Positions 36,037 to 45,265 are shown, counted from the stretch's first letter. The stretch: 63,239 nucleotides of DNA from Candidatus Pacebacteria bacterium CG10_big_fil_rev_8_21_14_0_10_44_54 (GCA_002772695.1 PFDI01000004.1:326-63564); one strand, 5' to 3'. The notes: a model not told the origin generated them from the sequence alone. Translations and numbers: made by a program.

Positions 36037-36177
36037 ATGTTGAATCACGCTCAATTATCATTTTTAGCTGTACTGCTTTGGGTTGGAATAACCTATCTAG
36101 CAACAGCCAAGAAAGAGTTCCCGTGGCACTTAGTAATTTTGGCAGTAATTATCACGCTTGAATTGCTTTCGAAATAG
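36037..36177 (+). CDS. 46-aa two-TM small membrane protein; not in ORF track
   Basis: MLNHAQLSFLAVLLWVGITYLATAKKEFPWHLVILAVIITLELLSK; AAAGGA RBS; fills the gap between two genes exactly. Confidence 0.6.
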   Translation: MLNHAQLSFLAVLLWVGITYLATAKKEFPWHLVILAVIITLELLSK

Positions 36178-36186
36178 AAAGGAAAT

Positions 36187-37302
36187 ATGTCAAAAATCAA
36201 AGACAAAAACGAACGTATCAAACGCAAATATCTCAACTGGCTACAAGAGGCTGAGGGCTTCTCAGAGAAATCAATCACAGCAGTAGAAACAGCCCTCTGG
36301 AAGTATGAGGAGTTCAGTAGAGATTCAGACTACAGCACGTTCAATCACAAAATCGCTGAGCAGTTCAAGAAGCACCTGGTGAACAACAAAAACAGAATAA
36401 GCAACAAGACACTCTCGCTAAGATCGCAATATCACGTTCTCAGGCACGTTCGCAATTTCTTGACTTGGCTATCTGGTCAAGTTGGGTATAAGTCAAGAAT
36501 CTCGACTTACGATGTCCAGTACTTGCAGTTGAGCAAGAAAGATCGGCGGGTGGCGACCTCTGCCTCACTTCCCAAGTACCCAACCCTTGAGCAGATCAAA
36601 CAGCTTTGTAGCTTTTCAGTTCAAACTGAAATTGATCAGCGGGATCGGGCGTTGATAGCCTTTACTGCTCTAACAGGTATGCGGGATCAGGCGATTGTTA
36701 CCTTACCACTGGGTTGTTTTGACCAAGAGAAAATGCTGGTGCAACAGCTTCCTAGCAAAGGTGTTCAGACTAAGTTCAGCAAGGATATTTACACCACCCT
36801 TTTTCATGTTGATGAAACGCTCGTGAGCTACTTCTTGAAGTGGTATGACTATCTGAAAACTGAAAAGCACTTTGGGCTTGATGATCCAATGTTTCCAAGT
36901 ACGGCGGTTGGTTTTGTTGGTGAGAATCATCATGCTTTTACCTCTATGGGTGTCAGCAAAGAGTTTTGGGCAGATACAAACCCGATGCGTAAGATTTTTC
37001 AAGCTCGAAGCAAACAAGCGAACGTACCTTACTACACCCCCCATAAGTTTAGGCACTTTATCATCAATGAAGCCCAGAAGCACATCACTAGCATTGAACA
37101 ACTCAAGGCACTAAGCCAGAATCTCGGTCATGAAAATATCAGCACGACCTTTCACGGCTATGGTGCAATTGATACTTACAGAGTCAATGAGTTAGTTAGC
37201 TCGATTGATTTTACAGGACTCCCTCAGAACCGAGCTGAAGAAGCTCAGCTTGAGAGAATTGCTGATCTTGTGGCTAAAAAATTGGGTAGAACTGAGCTAT
37301 AA
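36187..37302 (+). CDS. Tyrosine recombinase/integrase
   Basis: LTGMR (R), TKFSK (K), HKFRH (HxxR), LGH, catalytic Y in FHGYG. Confidence 0.9.
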   Translation: MSKIKDKNERIKRKYLNWLQEAEGFSEKSITAVETALWKYEEFSRDSDYSTFNHKIAEQFKKHLVNNKNRISNKTLSLRSQYHVLRHVRNFLTWLSGQVGYKSRISTYDVQYLQLSKKDRRVATSASLPKYPTLEQIKQLCSFSVQTEIDQRDRALIAFTALTGMRDQAIVTLPLGCFDQEKMLVQQLPSKGVQTKFSKDIYTTLFHVDETLVSYFLKWYDYLKTEKHFGLDDPMFPSTAVGFVGENHHAFTSMGVSKEFWADTNPMRKIFQARSKQANVPYYTPHKFRHFIINEAQKHITSIEQLKALSQNLGHENISTTFHGYGAIDTYRVNELVSSIDFTGLPQNRAEEAQLERIADLVAKKLGRTEL

Positions 37303-37309
37303 TGATTGT

Positions 37310-37395
37310 GTTGACCCAGCTTGCAATGGTGCATAAAAAAAGGCAGTTCTGCCAGCGGATCGCATGATTGTTGGGTCAACCAGAACTGTCTTTTT
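37310..37395 (+). promoter_or_regulatory. Structured leader between the two recombinase genes
   Basis: AAAAAGGCAGTTCTG (37337-37351) pairs with CAGAACTGTCTTTTT (37381-37395); GTTGACCCAGC (37310-37320) pairs with GTTGGGTCAAC (37370-37380). Confidence 0.55.
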
Positions 37396-37397
37396 AT

Positions 37398-39080
37398 ATG
37401 AGAATAAGAAAAACACTTACTACCACTAGGTCACGCAAATCTGGACTAAAGAAACAGAATCGGTACATTTTATACGCCCGTAAATCTACTACCTCGGAAG
37501 ATCGTCAAGTCGCCTCTATTGATTCCCAAATTGAAGTTATGACAGAAGTGGCTCGTGAGCATGACCTCGAAATCGTTGAGGTACTCAGCGAAGCAGGTTC
37601 AGGCTTCAAGATAGGTAGGACAGCGTTCAATGCCATGATCGAGAAGATCGAAAATGGTGAAGCAGACGGTATCATTGTCTGGAAGCTCTCTCGTCTTTCC
37701 CGCAACCCTGACGATGCAGGTAAGATCATGGGCTTACTACAGCGGGGTGAAATCAAGCATATTCGAACAGTTGACCGCAACTGGTATCCAGAAGACAACG
37801 TGATGATGATGTACGTTGAGTTTGGTATGACTAACCAATTCAGCCGTGATCTGAGTTCGGATACTCGCCGAGGTTTAGTCAAGAAAGCTGAGCGTGGTTG
37901 GTTGCCAAACGCTATTCTCCCGCTTGGGTATATGCACAGTCCATACAAGAAGTTAGGCGATGAGGAAATTATCATTGATGAAAACCGCTATTTCTTGATC
38001 CAAGAGGGTTTGAAGTTGGTAGCCTCTGGACAGCAAACACCAGTTGAAGCTCATGGCTATTTAGTTAGTCAAGGTGTTGTGGGAAAAAGAAGCGAGGCGT
38101 TACCCAAGAGTACTTGGTACAAAATGCTGGTTGAACCACTGTATGCGGGTACTTTTGAGTATCCAATCGGAAGCGGTCAATTTTACGAATCCAAAGCACC
38201 CAGAGCTATCGAGCCAACTGAGTATGATGCTATTCAAGTAGTTCTAGGAAGAAAAGATAAGCCACGACCAAAGCGACACTTTTTGCCGTACACAGGTTTG
38301 ATGAAGTGTGGCGAGTGTGGTTGCTCTATCACTGCGGAGAAGAAACAAAAAGTGCAAAAGAATGGCAATGTTCATCACTATGTTTATTACCGTTGTACAA
38401 AGAAAAAGGGTGACTGTGGTCAACCTTGTACGAATGTTGATGTACTGGAAAAGCAGTACAAGTCCATTCTGAAACGCATCAAAATCCCACCTGCCTTTCA
38501 CGAATGGGCAATTGATGAAATCAAACTTGACCAAGAAAAAGTGGTCAGGGATCGTGACTTGAGCCTTGAGCGAGCCAGAAATAACTATGATGACTGCCTA
38601 GCTGAAATTGATAACTTGGTGAAGAAATACTTAGACGGGAAAGTGCCAGAAGATTACTATGATCGCAACCTAGCCAAGCTCAACAAAAATAAGAAGATAC
38701 TAGCGAAAATCCTAGAGGGTATTGATAAAAGTGTTGATGAGAACTTGCAAGAGTTGGATCAAGATCTCGACTTTGCCGTGACAGCTAGAAGACGCTTCAA
38801 CAAAGGTGACGATCATAAACGCCGAGAGATTATCTCGTACTTAGGATCGAACCTTACCCTGACTGATCACACACTAGGCATAGAGTTGAAAAAACCACTA
38901 AAACTGGTTGCAGAAATCGCCAAAGAGGTCAATGAAGCTGTGCAAAGGTTTGAACCACTGGAAAATGCGGATAATTCGGAACAATTCAAACTATATTTGT
39001 CTGAAAATCCTACAATGGGTGGTATACCGGATTCGAACCGGCGACCTCCGCTGCCACAGAGCGGCGCTCTAACCAACTGA
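37398..39080 (+). CDS. Large serine recombinase (resolvase + recombinase + Zn ribbon + coiled coil); last ~20 codons are antisense tRNA-His
   Basis: YARKST (catalytic Ser), EDRQ, SRLSRN, PLGY, CGECG..YYRC..C; ends MGGIPDSNRRPPLPQSGALTN*. Confidence 0.95.
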   Translation: MRIRKTLTTTRSRKSGLKKQNRYILYARKSTTSEDRQVASIDSQIEVMTEVAREHDLEIVEVLSEAGSGFKIGRTAFNAMIEKIENGEADGIIVWKLSRLSRNPDDAGKIMGLLQRGEIKHIRTVDRNWYPEDNVMMMYVEFGMTNQFSRDLSSDTRRGLVKKAERGWLPNAILPLGYMHSPYKKLGDEEIIIDENRYFLIQEGLKLVASGQQTPVEAHGYLVSQGVVGKRSEALPKSTWYKMLVEPLYAGTFEYPIGSGQFYESKAPRAIEPTEYDAIQVVLGRKDKPRPKRHFLPYTGLMKCGECGCSITAEKKQKVQKNGNVHHYVYYRCTKKKGDCGQPCTNVDVLEKQYKSILKRIKIPPAFHEWAIDEIKLDQEKVVRDRDLSLERARNNYDDCLAEIDNLVKKYLDGKVPEDYYDRNLAKLNKNKKILAKILEGIDKSVDENLQELDQDLDFAVTARRRFNKGDDHKRREIISYLGSNLTLTDHTLGIELKKPLKLVAEIAKEVNEAVQRFEPLENADNSEQFKLYLSENPTMGGIPDSNRRPPLPQSGALTN

Positions 39081-39092
39081 GCTAATACCACC
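39018..39092 (-). tRNA. tRNA-His(GUG) with G-1; integration target
   Basis: G-GTGGTAT/ATACCAC-C, CCGCT-CT-GTG-GC-AGCGG anticodon arm, TTCGAAT. Confidence 0.95.
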
Positions 39093-39122
39093 AGATTTGG
39101 GGTATTATAGACTAAGCTGTCT

Positions 39123-40472
39123 ATGCTGAAAAGTCGGGTGCTTACCATACTACTACTGTTGTGTTGGTTGTTTTGCGGTATCGTCGCGACGTTGGCAGGA
39201 TTTTCTAGTTTTTTTTACTCCTGGCTTTGGATGGTACTACTGTTTCCATCAGGTTTATTTCTGCTTGTTGCTTGGCGGGTATTGCGGCAGTTTTTCAAAT
39301 TACCTCGATTAGAAAAACTGCTTTTTGCTCTGGTTTTTTTTATTTTGTTGCTACATTTTTTACAAGTATTTGTGCCAGAAACAGGTTTTGATGCGCTCTG
39401 GTATCACTTGCCGCTTGCTCAGTTATTGAGTGAAAACCACCAATTTATTTATTCACCAGAGCTATATCAGAGCGCCAATCCCCAGTTTGCCGATAGTATT
39501 TTCGCGCTTGGATTTGTAGCTGCAGGTGGTTTGGGCACAAAGCTTGTTGCGTTTAGTTTTGCTACGACACTGCTTTTGGTTTTGTATCAGGTTGCTCAGA
39601 TATTTTTGGGTCGCACTTGGTCATTGTTTGCGGTCCTCGCGGTAAGTTTATTTCAAGTAGTCTCGTGGCAAGCTGGTAGTTTCTATATTGATATAGCCAA
39701 AGCCGTTTTTGATTTGTCGGCGGTTTGGTTGGTGCTTGAGAGTTTTTTTGTGAGCGAGCAGAAAAATAAACAGCGGTACCTGCTTGCCGCTGCGCTTGTC
39801 TTTTCTGCTTCTGCAGCAAGTAAAGCGTTTTCAATTTTGTTATTGCCTAGCATAATGTTTAGTTTAGTCTTAGCTGTACCGAAGCTGCGAGCTAGCATGT
39901 TGGTTATACCTATTTTGGCATTAGTTTTGCTAGCTCTGCCGTTTTATCTTTTTTCATTTCAAAACACTGGTTCACTTTTCTTTTCTACGATAGTGCAGGC
40001 GGATCAGTTGTCAGTGTTCGAGTATGTGGTGCGACAAGTTTTGCGGTTTCCGTTTTTTTTCATTAACTTATTTTTTACGAGAGATTATACTTCCCCACTT
40101 TTGGGATTATTGCCATTGGCAATGTACTTTTTGCGAAAACAAATTTGGCAAAACAAGCAGCTGCAAATTCTGTTATTTGTCACTGTCAACCAACTGGCAA
40201 TTTGGTGGCTTGTGCCTCCACTTTCAACGCGCTACGGCTTGGCGGGGTTTATAACAGGCTTGATCCTTGTGTTAGTTTGGCTGTCTCAGCAAAAACAAAA
40301 TCGATTGTTACCGTTGCTTGTATTAGTCACCCTGATTTTTTTACTTCCTCGCTTGGTTGTTGCCAAACGATCACTGGCTTACTTGCTCGGTGGACAAACT
40401 GAATTTGAGTACGTCAAACAATTTACAGATGACAATAACGCCTGGCTACTTGACGCTTGGTATCATGAGTAA
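39123..40472 (+). CDS. Polytopic GT-C-like glycosyltransferase
   Basis: About 11-12 TM segments; GFDALWYHLP luminal loop; YIDIA. Confidence 0.65.
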   Translation: MLKSRVLTILLLLCWLFCGIVATLAGFSSFFYSWLWMVLLFPSGLFLLVAWRVLRQFFKLPRLEKLLFALVFFILLLHFLQVFVPETGFDALWYHLPLAQLLSENHQFIYSPELYQSANPQFADSIFALGFVAAGGLGTKLVAFSFATTLLLVLYQVAQIFLGRTWSLFAVLAVSLFQVVSWQAGSFYIDIAKAVFDLSAVWLVLESFFVSEQKNKQRYLLAAALVFSASAASKAFSILLLPSIMFSLVLAVPKLRASMLVIPILALVLLALPFYLFSFQNTGSLFFSTIVQADQLSVFEYVVRQVLRFPFFFINLFFTRDYTSPLLGLLPLAMYFLRKQIWQNKQLQILLFVTVNQLAIWWLVPPLSTRYGLAGFITGLILVLVWLSQQKQNRLLPLLVLVTLIFLLPRLVVAKRSLAYLLGGQTEFEYVKQFTDDNNAWLLDAWYHE

Positions 40473-40473
40473 G

Positions 40474-40547
40474 TGCGCCAACCAGGACTCGAACCTGGGA
40501 CCTACTGCTTAGAAGGCAGTTGCTCTATCCGGCTGAGCTATTGGCGC
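40474..40547 (-). tRNA. tRNA-Arg(UCU)
   Basis: GCGCCAA/TTGGCGC acceptor, ACTGC-CT-TCT-AA-GCAGT. Confidence 0.95.
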
Positions 40548-40625
40548 CAGAAGAATTTTTCTATTATACCGTAGACATCGGGCGTTGCTTGCCTTTCTAT
40601 GGCTCACAGGTGATAATAATCACTT

Positions 40626-41387
40626 ATGATGGATGGTGTACGCGTTATTGTTTTGGCAGGAGGGCTTGGTACCCGGATGGGCGGTGAGCTGCCAAAAGTG
40701 TTAACACCCCTCAATAATAAGCCGATCATTGGTTATTTGGTCGCAGAGCTCGCCAAACTTCATTTGCCACACTCCCCCACAATAATCGTTGGAGCCAAGG
40801 CAGAGATGGTACGAGAGTACTTGGGTCCCGAGTACCACTATGTACAACAGCCGCAACAACTTGGGACGGGCCACGCAGTTGGCTGTGCTCGAGAGGAGTT
40901 GCTCGGGACCGCAGATACTATCGTCACTCTATACGGAGATCACCCATTAGTTACGGCAAAAATGGTAAAACGTTTGGTCGAGAAGCATTGTGAGGAACAG
41001 CCAGCTATGACACTTGGAGTTGTGAAAGTACCAGATTTTCAAGATTGGAGAAAGGCGCTCATCAACTTTGGTCGGGTTGTACGCAATGCCGATGGAAGTG
41101 TTGGGAGAATTGTTGAGTTCAAGGATGCGACTGAGGCAGAAAAAAATATTACCGAAGTAAATCCGAGCTATTTTTGTTTTTCGTCGGAGTGGTTGTGGGA
41201 GAATATTACCAAACTAAGTAACTACAATGCACAGCAAGAATACTATCTCACTGATCTGCTTAAGGCTGCTTTTGACCAAGGGGAAAAGGTGGCAACTATC
41301 CAAATTGAACCACAAGAAGCACTCGGTATCAATACACCAGAAGAACTAGCCAAAGTTGCTGAGTTTATGGAGCAAAAGCAAGTTTAG
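40626..41387 (+). CDS. GlmU-type N-terminal nucleotidyltransferase domain only
   Basis: LAGGLGTRM..LPKVL, QQLGTGHAV, YGDHP, IVEFKDA, EYYLTD, GIN. Confidence 0.85.
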   Translation: MMDGVRVIVLAGGLGTRMGGELPKVLTPLNNKPIIGYLVAELAKLHLPHSPTIIVGAKAEMVREYLGPEYHYVQQPQQLGTGHAVGCAREELLGTADTIVTLYGDHPLVTAKMVKRLVEKHCEEQPAMTLGVVKVPDFQDWRKALINFGRVVRNADGSVGRIVEFKDATEAEKNITEVNPSYFCFSSEWLWENITKLSNYNAQQEYYLTDLLKAAFDQGEKVATIQIEPQEALGINTPEELAKVAEFMEQKQV

Positions 41388-41644
41388 CTTTTTTGTGTTT
41401 TTGCTTTGGTTTTTTTAGCCTTTGCCACGGTTTTGCGAATCACTTTTTTACCTCGTGCAACTACTTTTTTCTTGAATGCTGTCGGATCTTTTTTATACTC
41501 TGTTTCGGCTTTTTTAATTTTTACCGCAGTTGATTCAATTGCTTTTTTTGTTTTTGCCCTATTTTTTTCATTTGAAAGATAGGCCGCTGCCGCGCCGAGT
41601 ACTACTCCAGTTATGAGCGAGAAAATACCTTTTTGTTTTGCCAT
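41384..41644 (-). CDS. YtxH-like small protein
   Basis: ITGVVLGAAAAYL anchor followed by a basic coiled tail. Confidence 0.65.
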   Translation of the reverse strand: MAKQKGIFSLITGVVLGAAAAYLSNEKNRAKTKKAIESTAVKIKKAETEYKKDPTAFKKKVVARGKKVIRKTVAKAKKTKAKTQKS

Positions 41645-41652
41645 GTTTCCTC

Positions 41653-43089
41653 CTAAGGAATACTTACTATTTTTAATACGTTGGTCATGTTAGGTTGCTT
41701 CCAGTGCGAGCCGTGGATAAGCAATACCACTTCTCCACTTTTCGCGATGCCGTGTGTCGCGAGCTGCGCGACAACACCTTGTGTATCTGAAAGATTTTCA
41801 TTCTCTAGGCTGATGATCCAAGGTTGTATGCCGTAAACTAGACTCAGTTGATGGTAGGTGAGTTGAGAATCTGTGACAACATCAATGCGTCGTATTCGGC
41901 GGAAGCGTGCCAGCTGTTTGGCAGTTGTGCCAGTCTCAGAAAAGCAGACTACGCGGTCGATCACCAAACTTTTGCTTGGATCGCCAGAGGTTTTAAGTAG
42001 GAGGGAGACAGCATGGGTGAGCCATTGGCTTGCGTCGATATCTGGAGGTTCAATGGTGTTTGGTTTGGCAAATTGTTCGTTATACGCGACGATCTTGGCC
42101 TGCGCGGCTACCGCTTTGACAGGGTACTTGCCGATGGTGGTTTCTTCAGAAAGCATAACAGCATCGGTGCCGTCATAGACTGCATTAGCCACGTCGCTCA
42201 CTTCTGCTCGAGATGGATAGGGAAAATTAACCATACTTTTGAGCATCTGCGTAGCAGTTATTACTGGTTTTGCTTGTTCGAGACACAGCTTGATGATAGT
42301 TTTTTGCCAATGTATCAATTCTTCAAAAGCAACCTCTACTCCTAAATCACCCCGGGCGATCATGACAACGTCGGTTGCTAGCACAATCTCATTGAGATGG
42401 TCGAGAGCTGATTGATTTTCTATTTTGGCTACGATGTTAGCCATAAGATTTCGCTTATTAAGCTCCTCTCTGAGATTGTGAACATCTTGAGCATTGCGCA
42501 CAAACGAGAGACCGACGTACTCGACCAGATCATTAGTTGCTGCGTCCAGATGCATATAATCTTGTTCGACAAGAGGTGGCATGTTTATCACTACTCCTGG
42601 CGTGTTGAGAGATTTTCTATGTCCGATGCTGCAAGCATTTTTTGCTTCGGCTATCAGACTGTCAGCATTTTTTCCGACAATGACAAATTCTCCCAAGCCA
42701 TCATCAATGATTAGTGTATTTCCCTCTACTTCAGCATCAATTACTGCTTGGGGAATGATGATAGTTTTCTCAGCAGTATGTTGCGTTGTGGCAAAAGTGA
42801 CGCGTTCGTTTTCTTGGATTTCTATTGGCTGTTCTCCTGGAGTTTGAATGCGAATTTCAGGTCCTTGCAAATCAATTAAGATAGCTATTGGTACATCCAA
42901 GCGACTCGCCACCGACTTGACGCGTAGGATACGTTCGCGATGCCACTCGGGGGTTCCATGCTTAGTATTAAAGCGTGCAACGTTCATGCCGGCGTGGATT
43001 AGTTGTTCGATTACCGTTTCTGATTCGGTGGCTGGACCGATGGTAGCGACTATTTTTGTTGCCTTTGGATGTGTACTCATTGTGTCCAT
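41653..43089 (-). CDS. pyk: Pyruvate kinase; start reassigned to 43089 or 43080
   Basis: TKIVATIGP, ARFNTKHG, DLQGPEIR, AKIE, MIARGDLG, ATQML, SRAEVSDVANA. Confidence 0.95.
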   Translation of the reverse strand: MDTMSTHPKATKIVATIGPATESETVIEQLIHAGMNVARFNTKHGTPEWHRERILRVKSVASRLDVPIAILIDLQGPEIRIQTPGEQPIEIQENERVTFATTQHTAEKTIIIPQAVIDAEVEGNTLIIDDGLGEFVIVGKNADSLIAEAKNACSIGHRKSLNTPGVVINMPPLVEQDYMHLDAATNDLVEYVGLSFVRNAQDVHNLREELNKRNLMANIVAKIENQSALDHLNEIVLATDVVMIARGDLGVEVAFEELIHWQKTIIKLCLEQAKPVITATQMLKSMVNFPYPSRAEVSDVANAVYDGTDAVMLSEETTIGKYPVKAVAAQAKIVAYNEQFAKPNTIEPPDIDASQWLTHAVSLLLKTSGDPSKSLVIDRVVCFSETGTTAKQLARFRRIRRIDVVTDSQLTYHQLSLVYGIQPWIISLENENLSDTQGVVAQLATHGIAKSGEVVLLIHGSHWKQPNMTNVLKIVSIP

Positions 43090-43156
43090 TATCCAACGCT
43101 TGACAGTTCTTCTCAAGTGGAAGATTATGTTGGTTGTAAACAACATAAAGGACCTC

Positions 43157-43642
43157 ATGATTGCACAAACCAAAACTGGACAAGATCTTGTCGAAGAGGC
43201 GTTGGCTAGCACAGATTCTGGTGTAGCTCTTGACGAAATTGTGGAGTCTGATAATTTGGCAGACTCATTGACGCATCTACAAAGTGTGATCGAGCGCAAT
43301 GCTTTGGAGTCAGAAAAAATAGCGGCAGATCTCAAATTAAAGAGAGAAAGTCTGCGATCTGTTTACGAAAATGATGCGCGGCTTTCTGCGGTTGAAGATG
43401 AGGCACAACAAAAATCACAATTGGTAAAGGAAGAAAAAGCTCGCTTGCTTGCCAGCCCACAAACAGTAGCAATTAGAACGTCAATTGCAGAATTGACTGC
43501 TCAGAAAAAGGAATTGGAGGAAACACTCAGCAATCATCTGCTAAATTATTTTCAGTTGACCAATTCAAAAAGTTTTGACACAAGCGATGGCGACCAATGG
43601 GAGTTTTCGGTTGCTGCAAAAGTAAAAACAAGAAAAAAGTAA
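43157..43642 (+). CDS. Coiled-coil hypothetical protein; start reassigned to ATG 43157
   Basis: AAGGA RBS; long heptad helix ending GDQWEFSVAAKV. Confidence 0.65.
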   Translation: MIAQTKTGQDLVEEALASTDSGVALDEIVESDNLADSLTHLQSVIERNALESEKIAADLKLKRESLRSVYENDARLSAVEDEAQQKSQLVKEEKARLLASPQTVAIRTSIAELTAQKKELEETLSNHLLNYFQLTNSKSFDTSDGDQWEFSVAAKVKTRKK

Positions 43643-43646
43643 GTGT

Positions 43647-43895
43647 TTAACTCAGTCGTTCTTTGATCCGTTGCAAGACAACGGGTGAGACATTCTTCAT
43701 GCGTTTGAGACTGCGGGCCCTGCGGCGAAGTCGTTTCATTTCGATTTTCTTGACCGCTCGTTTTTTTGATGGTTTGACAAAGTACATTCTATCTTTGGCA
43801 GTCTGTACAATATCTGTTTGGGTTACCGCTTTTTTGAAACGTTTGATAATATCGAAAACGCTATCGCTTTTTTTGGCTCGAATAATGATTGGCAT
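43647..43895 (-). CDS. rpsU: 30S ribosomal protein bS21
   Basis: IKRFKKAV..YFVKPSKKR pattern. Confidence 0.82.
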   Translation of the reverse strand: MPIIIRAKKSDSVFDIIKRFKKAVTQTDIVQTAKDRMYFVKPSKKRAVKKIEMKRLRRRARSLKRMKNVSPVVLQRIKERLS

Positions 43896-43917
43896 AAGGT
43901 GGGTATTATACCGCTAC

Positions 43918-44397
43918 TTATTCGTTTTGGTAAGAGGCTCTGATGCTGGTTGCTAATTTGGCTAGCTTTTCGTCTGGGGCTCGGTGCGAATCGTGCGAAC
44001 TGAGGTAGCCAGGATACATCTCAAAGTAAGTGTCGATAGGTCCTGATTCAATTGGTTTCCAAGACTTTAGATCACCTGTGCCGTGCATGGGGTATAGTTT
44101 GCTATGTAAGTGGTCGACTCCAAAGCCTTCAAAGAACATGCCGCAGCGGGAAACGTCGGAAAAAAAATTGGTCAAGATATTGGCAACTTTTTTGGTTGCG
44201 AGTATTAGTGCTTGTAGATCGTCATCTGTTTGGGCAAAGGGATCGCTGCCCAAATGCTGCTTTGGAATAACTACAGTAAAACCTTCGGTATTGGGGAAAA
44301 TTGAGAGAAAACCCAAGTGCTGTTGGTCTTCCCAAACTTGATGTATCGGAATATCCCCGGTGGAAATTTGGCAAAAAACGCAGTAGTTACTTGCCAT
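43918..44397 (-). CDS. HIT-family nucleotide hydrolase
   Basis: CVFCQI, FLSIFP, VVIPKQH, VDHLHSKLYP. Confidence 0.88.
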   Translation of the reverse strand: MASNYCVFCQISTGDIPIHQVWEDQQHLGFLSIFPNTEGFTVVIPKQHLGSDPFAQTDDDLQALILATKKVANILTNFFSDVSRCGMFFEGFGVDHLHSKLYPMHGTGDLKSWKPIESGPIDTYFEMYPGYLSSHDSHRAPDEKLAKLATSIRASYQNE

Positions 44398-45265
44398 AGA
44401 GTTCTTTAACTAATGTTTGTATTTGATCCAATGTCAATGGTGTTGGTTTTTGGTTAGTGTTTTTTCTCGAGCCATTGAGTAGCATTTTGCCACTGGGGTG
44501 AAAATACCAGGTGCCAGTTGAGTCTTTGGCGGTAATCACTTCGTATAGTTTTTCAAGTGTTAGAGTATTGTCAGGTCGAACTTTTATCCGTATATTACCA
44601 AGTTTTGGATCTTTGCGAATCACCATGGCTATACCACGTTTTTGTGCAAGTTTGATTACATCATCGTTTTTGCTTTCGATAGCTAGGCACTTGCCTGCTT
44701 GTGTCAAAAAAATGTGCCCCTTTGCGTCCAAAACTTCTTCAGCCTTATGTTGTTGTACCAACACGTTGTACGCGTTGTCCAAACATTGGAGGCCAAACTG
44801 AAGCTGGCGCTCGTCACTTTGTTGGTCAGCCAACTCTTGGCCTCGGATTAACTCTTGGATCATAAAAGCGTATCTTGGGTTATCTGCTTCAGGCCAATAA
44901 ATTTCGCCAAAGTGATCAATTTCTGTGACGAAAGAAACGATTGATTGCAGAGCCTTGTCTTGGGAAATTTCAAGATGCTTACTACCCAAATACTCAAATA
45001 CAAGAGAGGTAGCGCAAATACTACGACTACTTTTTTCTACTGTGTGGTGGTCGAACTGTCCTTTGCCAGTATCTACATGAAAGACGTCTTGGGGATCGAC
45101 GTCTGCCTCAGCAAGCTCTGTCGCTGAGATTTTTTCACCTGGATTAACAAAGAAAATTTTTGCGTTGGAAAAGTCTTGTGCTGCAAAGCGGGTAAATAAC
45201 CAAACACTGCCAACAGCATCCAAATCCGGGGCATGGTGGGTAACAAGAGCTCTACGTTTCTTCAT
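44387..45265 (-). CDS. DHH/MYG1-like phosphoesterase; start reassigned to ATG 45265
   Basis: VTHHAPDLDA, HVDTG.G.FDHH. Confidence 0.65.
   Translation of the reverse strand: MKKRRALVTHHAPDLDAVGSVWLFTRFAAQDFSNAKIFFVNPGEKISATELAEADVDPQDVFHVDTGKGQFDHHTVEKSSRSICATSLVFEYLGSKHLEISQDKALQSIVSFVTEIDHFGEIYWPEADNPRYAFMIQELIRGQELADQQSDERQLQFGLQCLDNAYNVLVQQHKAEEVLDAKGHIFLTQAGKCLAIESKNDDVIKLAQKRGIAMVIRKDPKLGNIRIKVRPDNTLTLEKLYEVITAKDSTGTWYFHPSGKMLLNGSRKNTNQKPTPLTLDQIQTLVKELYGK

Larger units (their letters stand above)
25212..39020. mobile_element. 13.8-kb LSR-encoding integrative element at the tRNA-His 3' end
   Basis: GGGT cores at 25212-25215 and 39017-39020; LSR ORF runs into the tRNA; carries R-M, HTH and tyrosine recombinase genes; no capsid, primase or relaxase gene recognised. 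Confidence 0.88.

Noticed and set aside
37281-37290. ATTGGGTAGA, identical to J1, at the end of the tyrosine recombinase gene
   Set aside because: Similarity stops at once (GRTEL, not GRVRE), and TGGGTAGA also occurs inside a CDS at 26384; probably coincidental.
25212-39020. Prophage or conjugative element call
   Set aside because: No terminase, capsid, tail, relaxase or T4SS gene recognised; called only an integrative element.
41653-43642. Apparent long overlap of the pyk and 42848..43642 ORFs
   Set aside because: Caused by upstream-most start calls; with starts near 43089 and 43157 the genes are simply divergent.
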